The notes beneath the pieces are model-generated. The model was not told the DNA's origin, did no database searches, and worked only from the letters and a program-made list of their open reading frames with translations. From a virus (taxonomy: Duplodnaviria > Caudoviricetes), in the IMG/VR virus record IMGVR_UViG_3300044210_000047, positions 1 through 37,368 of that record: a stretch of DNA of 37,368 nt, one strand, 5' to 3'. The stretch's first letter is position 1; every line of letters starts with the position of its first letter. Below are positions 34,968-37,368 of the stretch, in pieces. Position numbers and translations under genes: made by a program.

Positions 34968-35392
34968 TGGCCGCCACGAATACGTTTCCGAAAGATCGCA
35001 TCGGATTTGCAATCACGTTGGTGAACGCAGACTCCACCAACGCGAAGGTGGTGCTGGATAATAGTACGGGGACCAAGGCATTAAGGATCGAGCAACTATC
35101 CATCACGTCGGATGATACCAGCAGCCGTAACGTACAGTTCAGCCGGATGATCGGAGTCATCGATTACATCATTGGGACGATTGCGGTTCCCGCGGCGTCG
35201 GGAATGGATGGAAACACCCCGCGCGTCACCGCGCTCTCGTCCGCGACGACTGGGATCGGCGCGCTGGACGCGGATGGGATTTATGTCTGTTGGCTGCCCG
35301 CCGGGCAAAAGCTGGACGCGAGGTCCATGGTCGCGGTGACGGCGGCGAAAACAGTCACGATCAGCGGCTGGGCGCGGAGTTTCGAGCCATGA
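34964..35392 (+). CDS. Hypothetical structural protein
   Basis: Beta-rich, 142 aa, coupled to its neighbours. Confidence 0.65.
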   Translation: MMAATNTFPKDRIGFAITLVNADSTNAKVVLDNSTGTKALRIEQLSITSDDTSSRNVQFSRMIGVIDYIIGTIAVPAASGMDGNTPRVTALSSATTGIGALDADGIYVCWLPAGQKLDARSMVAVTAAKTVTISGWARSFEP

Positions 35393-36201
35393 TTTTGCAG
35401 CAGGCCGCAATTAACCGATACTGGCAAAGCCGACTCTTTACGGCGTCTGGCACGTTGATGATCCCCCCTGACGTGGGTTGTATTTGGCTGGACGGCTGCG
35501 GGGCGGGAGGCGGCGGTGGCGGCGGGAATGCCACGCCGGGCGGCGGTGGCGGCGGGGGCGGTCCGGGCATGGCCTGGAAAAACGCATCGTTCCCGGTCAC
35601 GCCCGGCGAGTCCCTCACGGTCACCGTGGGGGCCGCCGGCACCGCGGGCGGCGCTGGCTCGGCGGGCGGCGTGGGCGGCACCACGAGCGTCGCGGGCTCG
35701 TTTCAGACGCTCCATGCCGAGGGCGGCGGCGTCGGCGCGGTGGGCGCGAATCCCAACGGCGGCAGCGCGGGCGGACTATCCGGCAACGGGGGGGCGCCCA
35801 CGGGCGGAGCGGGAGCGGGAACGATTGCCGCGGTCATGGGGCCCGGCGCGGGAACTTGGACGTATGGGGAAACCAATGGCATTTGGTGCTCGTACTCCAC
35901 GGGGAGCTCGGGCGGCGCGCTGAATTTCAGCGGCGGCGCGGGCCTGGCACGCACCGGGCTGAATGCCGCCAATGGCGGACTCATCTCCGCCGCGACCGGC
36001 GGTTCGTCTGGGGGCGGGGGCGGCGCGGGCGGCTGCGGCCCCTACGGCAAGGGCGGCGCGGGCGGCAGCAATGGCGCGGCGGGTTCCGTGGGGACGGGCT
36101 ACGGCGCGGGCGGCGGGGGCGGCTCCGGCAACGCGGCGGGCGCGAACGGCACATCCGGATTCGTGCGCGTTTATTGTCTCAGCGCCTATTCTATTTTGTA
36201 G
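35389..36201 (+). CDS. Glycine-rich fibre-like protein
   Basis: FTASGTLMIPPDV..GAGGGGGG..VTPGESLTVTVGAAG..GANGTSGFVRV. Start at ATG 35389. Confidence 0.8.
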   Translation: MILQQAAINRYWQSRLFTASGTLMIPPDVGCIWLDGCGAGGGGGGGNATPGGGGGGGGPGMAWKNASFPVTPGESLTVTVGAAGTAGGAGSAGGVGGTTSVAGSFQTLHAEGGGVGAVGANPNGGSAGGLSGNGGAPTGGAGAGTIAAVMGPGAGTWTYGETNGIWCSYSTGSSGGALNFSGGAGLARTGLNAANGGLISAATGGSSGGGGGAGGCGPYGKGGAGGSNGAAGSVGTGYGAGGGGGSGNAAGANGTSGFVRVYCLSAYSIL

Positions 36202-36210
36202 GAGAACAGC

Positions 36211-36594
36211 ATGGCTCGCTATGTCATCGAAAAAGGCGGTTACGCGATTAACGTCATCCTGTCGGATTCAGCGGAGGTCGCGAATCAAATCGCCGCGACT
36301 CAGGGCGCGACCGCGAGACTGCTGGGCGAGAACGAGACGCCCCATTATGCGCCCGTCATCCCGCTACCCAATTATGTGATCACCCGCTTCAGTTTTCTGA
36401 AACGCATCGGGCGCGCGAACCGAAAGGATATTCGCGCATCGGCGGATGTGAATGTCATAGACGGTTGGGATCTGCTCAAGAGCGCGGATCTCATTGACGT
36501 TCGGGATGACGCGGTGATTGAGGCGGTTGATGCCTGGCGCACCGCCAACATCCTCAACATGGCACGGCGCAACGCGATTCTGGATCCGGAATGA
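36211..36594 (+). CDS. Putative fibre assembly / accessory protein
   Basis: AGGAG RBS; ITRFSFLKRI..RRNAIL pattern seen after glycine-rich fibre genes. Confidence 0.55.
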   Translation: MARYVIEKGGYAINVILSDSAEVANQIAATQGATARLLGENETPHYAPVIPLPNYVITRFSFLKRIGRANRKDIRASADVNVIDGWDLLKSADLIDVRDDAVIEAVDAWRTANILNMARRNAILDPE

Positions 36595-37046
36595 TCGACG
36601 TCAACGTTCAGGGCATCGACGCCATCCGCGATACGTTCGCCCACCTGGTGCCCGAAACGCAGGCGAAGGTGTTGAAGGGGCTGGCGCAAGTCGCGTTCGA
36701 TACCGCGCAGCAGCAGGTGGACACGCACACGCAAACCGGCGCCCTCGCCCGCTCGTTGCGGCTGCGGTCGGACGGGAGTGGCGGATGGATCATTGATCAT
36801 GATTTGCAGCACGCCAGCTACGCGCCCTGGGTGCACTGGGGTTCGCGCCCGCACCTGATCCGCCCGCGAGAGAAAAAGGCGTTGCGCTGGGCGGCTGGGG
36901 CGGGTAGCGGGACGGGATTCGTCTTCGCGAAGTGGGCGCACCATCCCGGCTATGCCGGCCACCCTTATCTTGTTGAAGCGGCTGATGAGGCGGTCAAACA
37001 GTTCGATGCCATCGTCACCCGAGCGAGCGCCTCTAAATGGCCCTGA
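36591..37046 (+). CDS. HK97 gp10-like neck / tail-component protein
   Basis: TGALARSL, YAPWVHWGSRPHLIRPREKKALRW, HPGYAGHPYL. Confidence 0.8.
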   Translation: MIDVNVQGIDAIRDTFAHLVPETQAKVLKGLAQVAFDTAQQQVDTHTQTGALARSLRLRSDGSGGWIIDHDLQHASYAPWVHWGSRPHLIRPREKKALRWAAGAGSGTGFVFAKWAHHPGYAGHPYLVEAADEAVKQFDAIVTRASASKWP

Positions 37047-37354
37047 CCCTGACCTATCATGACGCTTATCTCGCCCCGCTGATCGCGGGCCAGGAAGCGT
37101 GGGAAACCCGAGCCATCGCGGACGTAGCGGCACTGGGCACGTTCCCCGACCCCTGGCCGGACCATCTGGTGGTGTTGCGCGCCTATCTGCTCTGCTGCAT
37201 CGAAAGCCTGGCCGACGAAACCGACGTGTTCAGCGCCAAGCTGAAGCAGTACCAAACCGAGTACAAGGCGGCGCTGAACGCGGCGCGCATCGCGGCGAAC
37301 GCGGCGGCCACCACGCCCACGGACTATCTCTTCACGCCACTGTTGCGGGGCTGA
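37037..37354 (+). CDS. Putative head-tail adaptor
   Basis: 105 aa helical protein in the neck cluster; positional call. Confidence 0.55.
   Translation: MALTLTYHDAYLAPLIAGQEAWETRAIADVAALGTFPDPWPDHLVVLRAYLLCCIESLADETDVFSAKLKQYQTEYKAALNAARIAANAAATTPTDYLFTPLLRG
37229..37354 (+). repeat. Terminal direct repeat, right copy
   Basis: Identical to 1-126. Confidence 0.95.
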
Positions 37355-37368
37355 AGAGATAGTCCGTG

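Noticed and set aside
35500-36150. GGC-rich tract as a second guide array
   Set aside because: Period 3 and in frame; explained by glycine codons.
37318-37368. Terminal 17-bp inverted repeat (37318-37334 / 37352-37368) as a hairpin telomere
   Set aside because: The last 14 nt diverge from the copy at 127 onward and are a fold-back of nearby sequence at a TGA microhomology. No protelomerase is recognisable, so a chimeric read end is most likely.

Overview
This window looks like an essentially complete, circularly permuted genome of a GC-rich tailed dsDNA phage, probably a siphovirus. Positions 1-126 are repeated exactly at 37229-37354, giving a unit length of about 37,228 bp. It has four transcription blocks. 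(i) A minus-strand operon runs from a Cro-like gene (13032) through a Zn-finger primase-like gene, a VapE helicase, an iteron-rich origin, ParB, a dUTPase-like gene, a DsbA-like gene, VRR-NUC, an inserted HNH gene, terminase and MuF. (ii) A plus-strand early operon spans 13280-17482. (iii) A minus-strand operon covers scaffold, capsid and tail (33409-17912). (iv) A plus-strand operon covers portal, fibre and neck genes (33481, across the junction, to 540). I could not recognise an integrase, CI-type repressor, endolysin or CRISPR array. The standout feature is in the early operon. A solitary Cas7/RAMP-like gene (14770-15399) is followed immediately by a 400-bp array of 72 pentamers NN-CGC, in which CGC is invariant and the dinucleotide varies. 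CGC-AGGC delimiters cut the array into units, and a hairpin and a probable partner gene (15864-16373) follow. This is a candidate non-CRISPR programmable RNA-guided system that may use a discontinuous dinucleotide code. All product calls come from motif recognition by eye; no database searches were run.
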